A stretch of DNA of 64,000 nt from contig OX597814.1 in assembly GCA_951406725.2 (NCBI GenBank), positions 35,588,001 through 35,652,000 on the forward strand, read 5' to 3'. This stretch comes from Octopus vulgaris. Taxonomy: Eukaryota. The notes under the pieces were generated by a model, which made no database searches, was not told where the DNA came from, and saw only the letters and a program-made list of their open reading frames with translations. Every line of letters begins with the position of its first letter. Positions within the stretch are counted from its first letter, which is position 1. Both the position numbers and the translations under genes were made by a program. Shown here in pieces: positions 26,342 through 38,339 of the stretch.

Positions 26342-27000
26342 GATCATCATCATCATCATTGTTTAACGTCTGCTTTCCATGCTAGCATGGGTTGGACGAT
26401 TTGACTGAGGACTGGCGAACCAGATGGCTGCACCAGGCTCTAATCTTGATCTGGCAGAGTTTTTACAGCGATGCCCCTTCCTAACGCCAACCACTCCGAG
26501 AGTATAGTGGGTGCTTTTACATGCCACTGGCACAAGGGTCAGTCAGGCAGTACTGGCAACAGCCACACTCAAATGGTGTTTTTTTACATGCCACCTGCAC
26601 AGGAGCCAGTCCAGCAGCACTGGCAATGACCTCGCTCAAATGTTTTTTCGCATGCCACCGGCACAAGTGCCAGTAAGACGACGCTGGTAACGATCACGCT
26701 TGAATGGTGCTTTTTACATGCCCTCGGCACAGAAGCCAGTTAGCTGCTCTGGCAATGATCACGCTCAGATGGTGCTCTTAATGCTCCAGTAGCACGGATG
26801 CCAGTCATCAAATTTGATTTCAATTTCACTTGCCTCAACAGGTCTTCACAAGCAGAGTTTAGTGTCCATTGAAAGAAGGTACACATAAGTGGGCTGGTTA
26901 CACTCCTTGCATAGGCCGCGAGGTTGTGGTCTCATTTGGCTGGCAGGGTCTTCTCAAGCACAGCATATTTCCAAAAGTCTCGGTCACTAGTCATTGCCTC
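26342..27000 (-). mobile_element. RTE LINE 3' end with hairpin-unit tandem array
   Basis: (cat)n tail, about 5 units of ~65 bp, ORF end ttctcaagcacagcatat...cggtcactagtcattgcctc. Confidence 0.85.
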
Positions 27001-27682
27001 TTCTGTACAGATCTTAGCTTCATCATCATCACTGTTGTTATCATCATCATCATGGTCGTCATCTTTGTTGTCATCACCACCACTACCTATTTCTTTATTA
27101 CCCACAAGGGGCTAAACATAGAGGGGACAAACAAGGACAGACATAGGTCATTGCCTCTTCTGTACAGATCTTAGCTTCATCATCATCATTGTTGTTATCA
27201 TAATCATCATGTTCGTCGTCTTTGTCATCACCACCACCACTGCCATCATCATTTAACATCCCTTTTGTATGCTCATACATATATACATAATATGTCGTGT
27301 TATTTTACACTGACTAGTTTATTTACTTTTGTGATCAAAGGGAACAGCTCTAATTTCGTTTCTTTAGTTTTTCCCATTTTTATTCACTCTTTGTCTTCCC
27401 ATTCTACTTTTTGCATTAACCTTCTTGTTTCTTTCTCATAGTTTCTCATGTACCAATGCCTTTTTTTCAAATAGAATAAACCGTGTACTTAGAGCAGCAT
27501 TTCTTAACCAAGGTTCCCTGGAACCCTAGGGTTCTACAATAGGTTCCTAGGGGTTCTGGGAGAAAGAGTGATATAAACTAATGCTAATTTCATGATTGCA
27601 ATATTACTATAAATGCACAACATATTATTGGTTATTGTAATATTGTAATATAGACATCATCCGATATAACCAATTATGTAAA

Positions 27683-27958
27683 AAGTCGCCTTACTGGCAC
27701 CAGTGCCGGTGGCATGTGTAAAAAGATTCAAGCGAGGTTGTTGCCAGTACCGTCTCACTGGCCCCCGTGCTGGTGGCACGTAAAAAGCACCCACTACACT
27801 CTTGGAGTGGTTGGCATTAGGAAGGGCATCCAGCTGTAGAAAATCTGCCAAATCAAGATTGGAGCCTGGTGCAACCATCTGGTTTGCCAGCCCTCAGTCA
27901 AAATCGTCCAACCCATGCTAGCATGGAAAGCGGATGTTAAACGAGGATGATGATGATG
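27683..27958 (+). mobile_element. RTE tail copy nested in the hAT
   Basis: Family tail ending gcatggaaagcggatgttaaacgaggatgatgatgat. Confidence 0.85.
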
Positions 27959-29056
27959 TAATCCAAAAAATATAACAAACGTTGGGGATATATTTAGTGA
28001 TGTCTGTAATTTATGGACACCTTGTTTATGTTCCTTTAATTTTACAGAAATACCTAAGAACCCAATGTGGTGGCTCTTGAAGAGGAAACATTCTGTAAAT
28101 TTGGATGAAGAGCCACAAGCTCCTGACCAATTCCACTGCACTAGTTGTTCAACAACGGAAAGAAAGAAGATCTGTCTTTATGATGGAAGTTTCTTATCAA
28201 TGGGCTTCATGTGGACCAGTGATCCAAGTTCTCCTATTCCAAATTTCAAATACAGCAATGTTTTCAGATAAACTAAAAAGACACACATCACAAGAAATCA
28301 CAGTCATATGAAAGGTCGAAGTGTAGATTTTTTTAAAAGCCTGTTGGAATCTTTGAAGAAACAGAGTACAGCTTTTGGGAGTAAAGTTAGTGTCAGTGAA
28401 AAGGCTCTTGAAGCAAGTTATTTGGTAGCAGAAATTATTGCACAGAAAAGGAAAAGTCACACAGTTGGTGAGAACTTAATACTGCCAGCTGGTAAAATTA
28501 TAGTCAGTAAAATGCTTGGGCAAAATACACTACAAGAGATTGAATATGTTCCACTTTCACATACTACAGCAAGTCGATGCATTGATGATATGGCACGTGA
28601 TATTGAAGAGGTTTTGCATGACAAATTGAAAAATAGTAGTTTTTCCATTCAGGTTGATGAGTCAACAGATCTTACCAATAATTATGTAGTTTTTGTAAGA
28701 TTTGTCAACGAGGGTTAAATTCAAGAAAATTTCCTATGCAACATGGAACTGCCTGAGACAAGCAAAGGAATAGATGTAGTTAACATTTTGTCCTCATATC
28801 TGGAAACAAGACATCTCTCCTGGAAGGACTGTGTTTGCATTTGTACTGATGGTGCCCCATCAATGGTTGGCTACATAAAAGGTTTCGCTTCTCTTGTAAA
28901 ACAAGAAAATCCTGATATAATCTCAACATTCTGCTTTCTTTACAAAGAAGTCTCAGTTTCAAAATCACTTGCAGATGAATTGAAAAAAGTTTTTGACAAT
29001 GCTACAAAAATGGTCAACTTTATTAAACAAAGACTAGTCAACTCCAGAATGTTTAA

Positions 29057-29276
29057 CCCTTTCATTACCAACCCAGCTGAACTCGGCTCTGACTCTGAGT
29101 ACAAATATCTTGTTTGCATAAGTTTTGAATTAAAATCTTCCACCAAACCATTGTCACAATTTATGTTCCTAACACTAGCTTAATGATAACTAAGTTATTT
29201 TACTAAATTCTTTGTTATATTTGAAGTAACTGAAAGAAACACAGAGCATCTCAAAATAAATACAGTAACGAAAGGG
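29057..29276. mobile_element. piggyBac-type MITE nested in the hAT transposase
   Basis: TTAA TSD (29053-29056, 29277-29280), TIR ccctttcattac / gtaacgaaaggg; removing it restores SRMFKRLCESLDKE. Confidence 0.9.
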
Positions 29277-30771
29277 TTAAAAGACTGTGTGAAAGCCTGG
29301 ACAAAGAACCCATAAATCTTTTGTTATACATGGAAATCTGGTGGCTGAGTAGAGGAAATGTTTTAAATAGGGTTTTTGAGCTGAGAGAGATGAGTTGCAG
29401 AACTACTTTCAAGAAACCAATAAGTTAAGCTACATATCAAATATTTTTCATCACATGAATCAACCGAACAAGTCACTGCAATGCCCAAGAGAAAATATAC
29501 TGGCTTCAAGAGATAAAATTCTTGCATTTAAGAGAAAATTGAATCTGTGGAGAAAACATGTAGCAAAAGGAAGTTTTGAGATATTTCCGCTACTTCATGG
29601 GCTTAGAAGTGAAAAGGGATATCAGAAAATTTAGAGTTTTATTGACTCACACCTGGTTGAATTACATGTCAGAATTGAAAATTACTTTCCTTCCTTTTAA
29701 ATGCAGGTATATGACTGGGTGAGGGATCCATGCACTGAATTTCCTGGTCATCCTGAGAACCTGACATTAAAAGAAGTAGAAGATCATTGTGAGCTGCAGT
29801 GTGGTCATACACTCAAAATAAGATTTACAGACTTATCTTTGGACAAGTTCTGGATTTCTGTGTAAGAATATTGTACCATTCATAGGAAAGCAATAAACAT
29901 AATGCTGCAGTTTTCATCCTCTTACAAGTGTGAACAAGCCTTTTCTTACTTAACAAATATCAATAGCAAAGACAGAAATCGTCTCCTTCTAATTGAAAAT
30001 GAAATCTGTGCGTGTTTATCTCAAGTTCAACCTTTAATTAAGTGTTTGTGTAGCAAAAGACAGGCACAGGTTTCACATTAGAGAAGCACATCTCACTTTA
30101 TCAAATGGCTTTGAGAATTCCTTGAATAATTTATTGGTTCACAGTACATTTTGCTTTGATTTATCTTTTGTCGTTTCAACATTGCTAGTAAAGGATGAAT
30201 AAATAATAAATTAGAACTCAATTATCTGTTTTCATTCCATTTACATTTATGCATTATAGGTATATGATATTGGTTACACATGTTTATCTTTTATGTTTAA
30301 GTTTAGACTTTTTTTTGTGTGTGTGAATGGAAACCCTGTGATGAGGCATCATAAATGAGCAGTATGAAGTTTTTTCTTAAACCAGTTAATATATATATAT
30401 AGGCAAATGTGTTGTTGAAAATGCACCTAAATTTGAAAAACTCATAATTGTTTAAAATACGTTTATTTACATATATACGAAATTAGTTTCAGCAATATTT
30501 TTTGTTTATCAAAGGAAAAAGTTTAAAATTATGAATGAGAAAAACATCTTTAAAAGTTTCACTGTTGAAAAATTAAAATGTTCAAAACAGATTAAACTTA
30601 TGAATCAGGAGAACATGTACAAGTTTAAATGTTCATAGCAATCAATAATATTAAGACTGTATATCAATTTGTTTGAATGTACAAAGCCCATTAATGTTAG
30701 TGGTGATTGACAAGTCATACTGAGTTAAGAGGGAATATATATATATGTATGATATTTGATATCATATGATA

Positions 30772-31066
30772 TCTTTATATATAAAAGAAAGGTTGCGTGT
30801 CTGTCTACTCCGATTTAGATTCCTATCTACTCCCACATTTTGCGGTGCAGTTTAACCAAAACCGGGTATCTTATAGTCGTGATTCATATCAAGCCCTTCT
30901 GGGTATTAGCGCGCGTCTACGATGAGTCAACGATTTAAAAAAAAATTTACCATAATTTTTTTTCCATTTTTAATGCATTTTTTGCTATTTTTTGGCTATA
31001 ACTCTCTAAAAATGCTTTATAGTTATTTCCCTTACAAACCCAAGCAACGCTGGGTGATAATGCTAG
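30772..31066 (+). mobile_element. Short non-autonomous Helitron nested in the hAT 3' region
   Basis: A|TC start, hairpin acccaagcaacgctgggt, CTAG|T end. Confidence 0.85.
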
Positions 31067-31461
31067 TATATGATATTTACAATATGAGAAAGACATGGTA
31101 TATAATTTTTTTTTTGTGTGCTGGGGTTCCTTGAGATATGTAATTTATTATAAGGGTTGCGCAAAGGTAGAAATGCTGAGAAACAACGGCGTAGTCTGTG
31201 GTTTGCTTGCAGACACAAGACACATTGCATCTCAGTGGCAAAAAAGTATTAGTAACTCTTATTTTAATACAGTGTATATAAAAATGAAATTATATACATA
31301 CATACGTAGATACATACATATATATATAAAATACATGCGTTCTTGTCCCATTTTGTATTTTCTACATATATATAATATAGAGAGACCAAAGTGTACATAC
31401 GCCGCTATATATATATATATATATATGTAAAAATACAAAATGGGACAAGAACACATGTATT

Positions 31462-32085
31462 GGCTGTGTGGTAAGTAGCTTGTTTACCAACCACACGGTT
31501 CCGGGTTCAGTCCCACTGCGTGGCACCTTGGGCAAGTGTCTTCTACTATAGCCTCGGGCCAACCAAAGCCTTGTGAGTGGATTTGGTAGACGGAAACTGA
31601 AAGAAGTCCGTCGTATATATGTAAGGCGGCGAGCTGGTAGAAACGTAGCCGTATTTCGTCTGTCGTTACATTCCGAGTTCAAATTCCGCCGAGGTCGACT
31701 TTGCCTTTCATCCTTTCGGGGTCGATAAATTAAGTACCAGTTACGCACTGGGGTCGATGTAGTCGACTTAATCCCTTTGTCTGTCCTTGTTTGTCCCCTC
31801 TGTGTTTAGCCCCTTGTGGGTAGTAAAGAAATATATATATGTATATATATATATGCGTGTGTGTTTTTGTGTGTCTGTGTTCGTCCCCCTAGCATTGCTT
31901 GACAACCGATGCTGGTGTGTTTATGTCCCCGTTACTTAGCGGTTCAGCAAAAGAGACCAATAGAATAAGTACTGGGCTTACAAAAGAATAAGTCCCGGGG
32001 TCGAGTTACTCGATTAAAGGCAGTGCTCCAGCATGGCCGCACTCATATGACTGAAACAAGTAAAAGAGTAAAAAAGAGTAAGAGT
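31462..32085 (+). mobile_element. SINE A with SINE B (31623-31832) inserted in its internal TA tract
   Basis: SINE A halves flank a nearly full SINE B; atatatatgta on both sides. Confidence 0.88.
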
Positions 32086-32204
32086 ATATATATATATATA
32101 TATATAACGGGAAGCTTTATGAAAATAGACAAAAGACGAAGGCAGGTGGAAAACAAACGAACAATTGTATTAGTATGGCGCTCAGGAAATATAAATAAAA
32201 CAAG

Positions 32205-32242
32205 TCTTTAATGTTTCGAGCCTACGCTCTTCAACAGAAAGA
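32205..32242 (-). ncRNA. Minimal type-I hammerhead ribozyme-like motif (Penelope-type), probably decayed
   Basis: Minus strand: tcttt-CTGTTGA-a-gagc-gtag-gctc-GAAA-ca-TT-aaaga; stems I and II pair perfectly, core has an A6 to U change. Confidence 0.55.
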
Positions 32243-33437
32243 TACACAGAGAGAAAAGAAACACAGAAAGAAGGAGAGAAAAAAAATGCGTGCAGTAGCT
32301 AACGAATCAACATGATTTATATATGTTTTTGTGTGTATATGATTGTGTGCCTGTGTTTTTTCTCCCAACATCGCTTGACAACCAATGCTGATGTGTTTAT
32401 GGCCCCCACAACTTAGCGTTTCATCAAAAAGAAAAAAAACGATAGAATAAGTACTAGGCTTACAAAGAATACATTCTGGTGCTCCAACATGACTGCTGTC
32501 AAATAATTGAAACAAGTAAAAGAATAGAAGAATAAACTATGTATACATGCACACAAACACACATACGCACAGATATATATATATATATATGTGTATATAT
32601 ATATATATATATGTATGTATATATATATATATATATATAAATTAAATTAGAGATATAAATTAAATTAGAGATAAAACCACTATTAGGCAAATCAATTTGT
32701 ATATATATATCATTATTTAATTGATTTGTGTAACCACCTGTATGTGCCAGCTAGTAGCAGAGGTGAGGGGGTATATGCATGAAATGAAATAAAAAACATG
32801 TGTAACCCTTAAAATAAATTACATATCTGAAGGAACCCAAGCACAAAAAAAAAATTAATAGGTTGTTGTATAAAGCTTGAAACATGTGTACTGCGACATC
32901 CTTTGTGTTCTGTTTTTTTATTTCATTTGATGCATATACCCTCTCACCTCTGCTACTAGCTGGCATATACAGGTGCTTACACAGATCAATTAAATAATGA
33001 TATATATATATATATATATTATTATTTAACGTCAGTTTTCCATGCTGGCATGGGTTGGATGATTTGACTGGAGCTGAGAGTTGCCCAAGTTCCATTTGTC
33101 TGTTTTAACATGGTTATTATTATGGCGGAATGTACTTCCTGCCACCAACCACTTTACAGAGGGTGGTGGGTGCTTTTAATATGGAAGTGGCATGGATGCT
33201 TTTATGTGGCACTGGCAAAGGTGTTATTTATGTGGCACTGACACGAGTGCCATCCACATGGCATTGGCATGTGTGCATTGCACATGGAGCTGGCATGAGT
33301 GCTTTTATATGGCACCGGCATGAGTAGCCTTTACATGGTGCTGACACAAGTGCTTGTTATGTGGCACCAGCATGAATCCTATTTTGCATGGCATCAGCAT
33401 GAATATATATGTATATATTTGCATGTGTATGTTTGTG

Positions 33438-33479
<42 letters not shown>

Positions 33480-33493
33480 TGTGTATATATTTA

Positions 33494-33529
<36 letters not shown>

Positions 33530-33531
<2 letters not shown>

Positions 33532-34545
33532 AACAAAGTTCAGAAAGCTCCTACCTCTGCTGTGGACAAAAAGGGCCTTTCGCTCAGAGTGAAAGGTAAA
33601 CTGTATGATGCATGTGTGCAAACTGACATACTACATAGCAGTGAAACATGGGCCTTGAGCACTGAAGACATGCGAAGGCTTGAAAGAAATGAAGCTAGTA
33701 TGATCTGCTGGATGTGTAATGTCAGTGTGCACACACAACACAGTGTAAGCACCCTGAGAGAAATGTTGGACTTAAGAAGCATCAGATGTGGTGTGCAAGG
33801 GAGAGGACTGTGCTGGTATGGGCATGTGCTGCATATGGATGTGGAGAGCTGTGTGAAGAAGTGTCACTCCCTAACAGTGGAAGGAACCCGTGGAAGAGGG
33901 AGACCCAAGAAGACATGGGATGAAGTGGTGAAGCATGACCTTCAAACATTGAGTCCAACAGAGGCAATAACAAGAGACCGAGACCTCTGCAGATATGCAG
34001 TGATTGAGAAGAACTGGAAAGTAAAGTGAGATCACAGCCATAGCCTATGCCAGTATCGCATAACCAGCCCATTTAAAAAGTACCTTTGGATTATCAGGCA
34101 ACAAACTGCATGATGAGTCAAGTAAAATCAAAATCAAAATTACTGTCAGAATCTCAATCAAATTGAAATCAAAATGGAAATTGTAGTTGTGGCCGATGCC
34201 AGTGCCACCTGACTGGCACCCATGCTGGTGGCATGCAATAAACACCATTCATGCGTGGGTCGATGCCAATGCTGCCTGACTGGCTCCCTGTGCTGGTGGC
34301 ACATAAAAAGTACCATCTAAATGTGGTTGATGCCAGCCCTGACTGGCTCCTGTGCCGATGGCACATAAAAAGCACCCACTACACTCCCGGAGTGGTTGGC
34401 ATTAGGAAGGGTATCCAGCTTTAAAATCCTTTGCCAGATCAGATTGGACCTTGGTGCAGGCTCCTGGCTTGCCAGTCCCCAGTCAAACCACCCAACCCAG
34501 GCCAGCATAGAAAACGGACGTTAAACGATGATGGTGATCATCATC
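33530..34545 (+). pseudogene. RTE-clade LINE 3' fragment (post-RT domain + 3' UTR)
   Basis: ORF 33409-34029: KGKLYDACVQTDILHSSETWAL..DMRRLERNEASM..WMCNV...LCWYGHVLHMD...VEGTRGRGRPKKTWDEVVKHDL; UTR units and (gat)n tail. Confidence 0.92.
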
Positions 34546-34992
34546 ATGTGGACATATAAATATACATACATGTACACACACACACACACAGACAAACACA
34601 CACACACACAGACATTTGCACTTTCTGTTGCTTATTGTTCAATTATGAGATTAACAGCAAACTAAATTAGAAATAATGTTTTATACACACTCTTTACAAA
34701 TGACTATATTTATTTATTAATTTTTTTCAGTTGTTATTACTCTCAGCTGTTGGCCTGCGGCCATACTGGGGCACTTAAATCCATTCATTTATATTATTTT
34801 GGCATCTTCTGAACTAAAATAATTTTTATTAAAACATCAATCATGTTAATTAATAAATGAATCAATTACTTAATGAATGGACCAACATATAATTTATTAA
34901 TTTTATCATTTCTTTACTTGTTTGTGTACTTTCTTAACTTTTTGATGAAGTGAGAAGCATACACAATTTTCAATGTCTTAATGGCATATATT

Positions 34993-35200
34993 TTAACCCT
35001 CTGCATTCCAACCTGCCTAAGACTGTCCTGGTTCTATGACACAAACTTCTTGTTTTAAAGCGATTTTAATTAAAACCTTTATCATTATGAACACGAACTT
35101 AACAATGGCAAATTTATTTTATTCAGTGTTTATGTTTTACAAATTAATTGAAATAAAGGCAGTGAATTTCAACAGAGATACAGTAATGAAAGTGATGAAT
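34993..35200. mobile_element. Diverged TTAA MITE related to 29057-29276
   Basis: ttaaccctc...aattaattgaaataaaggcagtgaatttcaacagagatacagtaatgaaag. Confidence 0.55.
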
Positions 35201-35460
35201 TAATTCTTGAAGAATGGATGTAATGTAGATTTGATTTAAGTAGTTTTTAATAAATTGATACTGAAATCCACTACCTTCAATAAATCAGTTCATTATCAAT
35301 CATGAAGAAACCTCTGTGTAGGCATTTAATTTGCTAGAAATAAAGGCTAAATGTCCCTCAGATGTTTCAAAAATCGAAGGACACATTTGATAATGTTTTC
35401 AACATACCCCTTGACAAAACAGGAAAATCATATTGGAATACTTTTAAGATTAATTTAGGC

Positions 35461-35645
35461 CAGGGGTCTCCAAAGTCATTGATATCGACCCCTGGGGGTC
35501 GATGGAACTATTCAAGAGGTCAATAAATGCACATCAACTTAATTATCATTATTATGTATTTATTTTTTTCTACATACCTGAGGGTCTATGAGGGGTCAAG
35601 GATTCCATGAAGGGGTTGATAGTCTAAAATGTTTGGGGACCCCTG
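35461..35645. mobile_element. hAT MITE
   Basis: TIR caggggtctccaaa / tttggggacccctg; degenerate 8-bp TSD atttaggc / atcaaggc. Confidence 0.8.
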
Positions 35646-36602
35646 ATCAAGGCCTTGACAATGACAATAATAATGAAAATGATTTGATTAACTGAAATCA
35701 AAAGTTGTTTTTTTTTTAAAAACATCTTATTTTTTCATTGTATAAGGATATAGCAAATGTGAAAAAAAAACAAAAAATAATGCTGTTATTAATAAGAAGT
35801 GCTGAAATTAATGCATGCAAGATTTCACAGCTCTAGTATCACTCCTCCATAGATCACCCAATGAACTTTTCAGCCTGCCTTCACCAAACATTAATGTGGA
35901 ACAGCTCTGGAATTCTTTTGTCATGATTCTAATCCCCTTACAATAAAAATCATATACCTTCAACAAGCATTTCCTTGTCCCCCAAAATTCCAAGTTGTGA
36001 TAATTGTAATTCTTCTTTGTATAACATTACATAATATAATGTATCTAAGACTACCTTATCCAATGTATCCTACTAGCTTTCTCAAAACAGTGAGGTGTAA
36101 TAAGAGGGAATTTGGTTGCTGCTTCTAGTAGATTAAGTAGGCACATAGAGGTTACTTGTGAAGATGTGAAAGCTATATATAAAATGGCTTTCATGATGGG
36201 TCTGCTTAATCAGAGTTAAACTAGGATAAATTACGTCTACACTAGATATATAACCATCACCAACTGTCTTAGAGTATTATCTCTCCCATCTTGCATAGAT
36301 GACAAGTAAACTGATCATTTCTGTAGACATACCATCCATTTACCCAATAAAAGCCTGCTAGCTGCATGAAACAAATTATGATTAACACAATTTATAATTC
36401 TTCTGATGATTCAGGCGAACAGTGATTTTAAATTAGTTTATTTAAATTAATTTAAATTAATTATGAAACTTAATTATGTGATTATGGAATTAATGATGTT
36501 TATACTAATGAAACAGCTGTTGAGCATAATTAAATTATGAGCTTTAAGTGAAATTTATGCCCTTGTGCTCTTTATTCAATAAATATATATTATATATATA
36601 TA

Positions 36603-37805
36603 TAGGGTGTGTAAGATATTTGAGGACAAATTTATGTTTATAAAAAAATAGATATATAACAATAGATAACTTTATTCATCAAAACATGCTATGAAGATAA
36701 AAATAAACCTTTTCTATAATGCCACCTTCAGCTTCAACAACTGCTTCTATATGAGATCTAAGTCATCTACATACTTGAATCAAGTGGTCCTGGTTCATTT
36801 TGGACATTGCTCTGACTAGGGCAGCTTTCATAGAATCTTTGATGTTATGGGAGTGTTCACTGACCTTTCTTTCAACAACACTCCACATGTAGTCCAATAG
36901 ATTGAGATCTGGGGAATTAGGAGCCAAATGTTAGGAGTTATGTGATCATGAAAATTTTCAGCCATCCATTCCTGTGTTACTAGAGCCATGTGTGATTATG
37001 CAGAGTCTTACTGAAACACGTATGGTATTCCATTGCATATACTGTCTATCCAGGGCTTAACAACTGTTTCCAGGACCTCAATGTAACTCTAAGGCCTTGT
37101 GGAAAGAGGTAAGGAGACATCACATGTCCTTCATTGCTGACAACCCCTAAAACCATGACAGTTTCAGAAAATTTTGTATGCATAACACTTGGAACTTCAA
37201 AAGGGACTGCACATAAACATATGTCATTTCCTCTGTTAACTTTTTGATCTTGGTTGAAGTTTTTCCAATTTGACAAAAACCATATCAAATCTTCTGCTGG
37301 ATTTTTCAGTTTGTTTAAGAGCTTTTTTGATCTGATGTAGTGATTTTCTTTTGCTTTTTCTGACAAATTGATCTTTCCTCATCATATAAAACTTATATCT
37401 GATGTCTTTGTGGACAACATTTTTGACTGTTCTTTCTGACATGTGGAAGTCTTTTGCAATTGACCTCATGGATTTCTTGGATTGTAATCAATGGTCTGTT
37501 AAACCTTCTGGATAAATTCAGGTTTCCTGATAGTTTCAGAGCATTTAGAATGCTTTTTATGTTTTGATACTGGTGATACATTTCCATCTTTGCTCTCTAG
37601 CCCCTTACAAACTTTGTAGGCGAAAAATCTTGTAAACTTTAATAATCAAGATATTTCTAAATCGCTATGCTCAGCCTTTATAGCTGCAATAAAGATATGC
37701 CTCTTCATTTCTTGAGTAAGTTGGGGGTCTGCCATTATACAGAGTTAGCAAAAAATGCAACAATGACCCAAAAACGGTATGTCCTTAAACACCTTACGCA
37801 CTCTA
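36603..37805 (-). mobile_element. Decayed maT/DD37D-like transposon (second family)
   Basis: TIR tagggtgtgtaagatatttgaggaca / tgtccttaaacaccttacgcactcta; MRSIAKDFHMSERTV, KKLLNKLK, MHTKFSETVMVLGVVSNEGHVM, NSPDLNLLD. Confidence 0.85.
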
Positions 37806-38339
37806 TGTATGTATGTATGTATGTATGTATGTATGTATGTATGTATGTATGTATGTATGTATGTATGTATGTATTATAGCTCTTAACAATATAGGTGACT
37901 CATCAAACCCACTGGTTGATGCACAAACTTTGTTTGGTAGACAGGGCAAGGAGCTTAAAAAATTTTCTTGATCAAGGGGTTTTCTTAAATTCAAAATGTG
38001 AACTGTTTAGTTGGTGCCCTCATGATAGGAAATTTGTGTTGGCAACATAGGCTTCTCTGCTTACTGACTAGTGAGCAGAAAACGTACATAAACTGACCCT
38101 TTTTGGATGTAACTGGAACTGTTCAAAAGGAAATAACTCCATTTCTCTCAGATGTGAAACCAGTGGTAATCTTCTGACCAGCCATAACTTCCATAACCAC
38201 TGACTACACAATACATGTATATATACATACATACATCATCATCATCATCATCGTTTAACGTCCACTTTCCATGCTGGCATGGGTTGGACGGGTTGACTGA
38301 GGACTGGCAAACCAGGAGGCTGCATATATATATAATCCT

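Larger units (their letters stand above)
27495..31188 (+). mobile_element. Decayed hAT transposon, Buster/Charlie (SCAND3/ZBED-like) type
   Basis: TIR cagcatttcttaacc / gctgagaaacaacg, each flanked by nnnTAnnn; transposase KALEASYLVAEIIAQKRKSHTVGENLILPA, FSIQVDESTD, ICTDGAPSMVG, WLSRGNVLNRVFELR, LLQFSSSY.CEQAFS (ORFs 28308-28718, 28743-29183, 29395-29634). Confidence 0.92.

Noticed and set aside
28308-29634. Host ZBED/SCAND3-like domesticated gene
   Set aside because: Has TIRs, multiple stops, frameshifts and nested insertions, so it is a dead transposon.
35808-35993. 61-aa minus-strand ORF
   Set aside because: The opposite strand reads like a decayed LINE linker (LFS..NVEQLWNSF); no splice or homology support.
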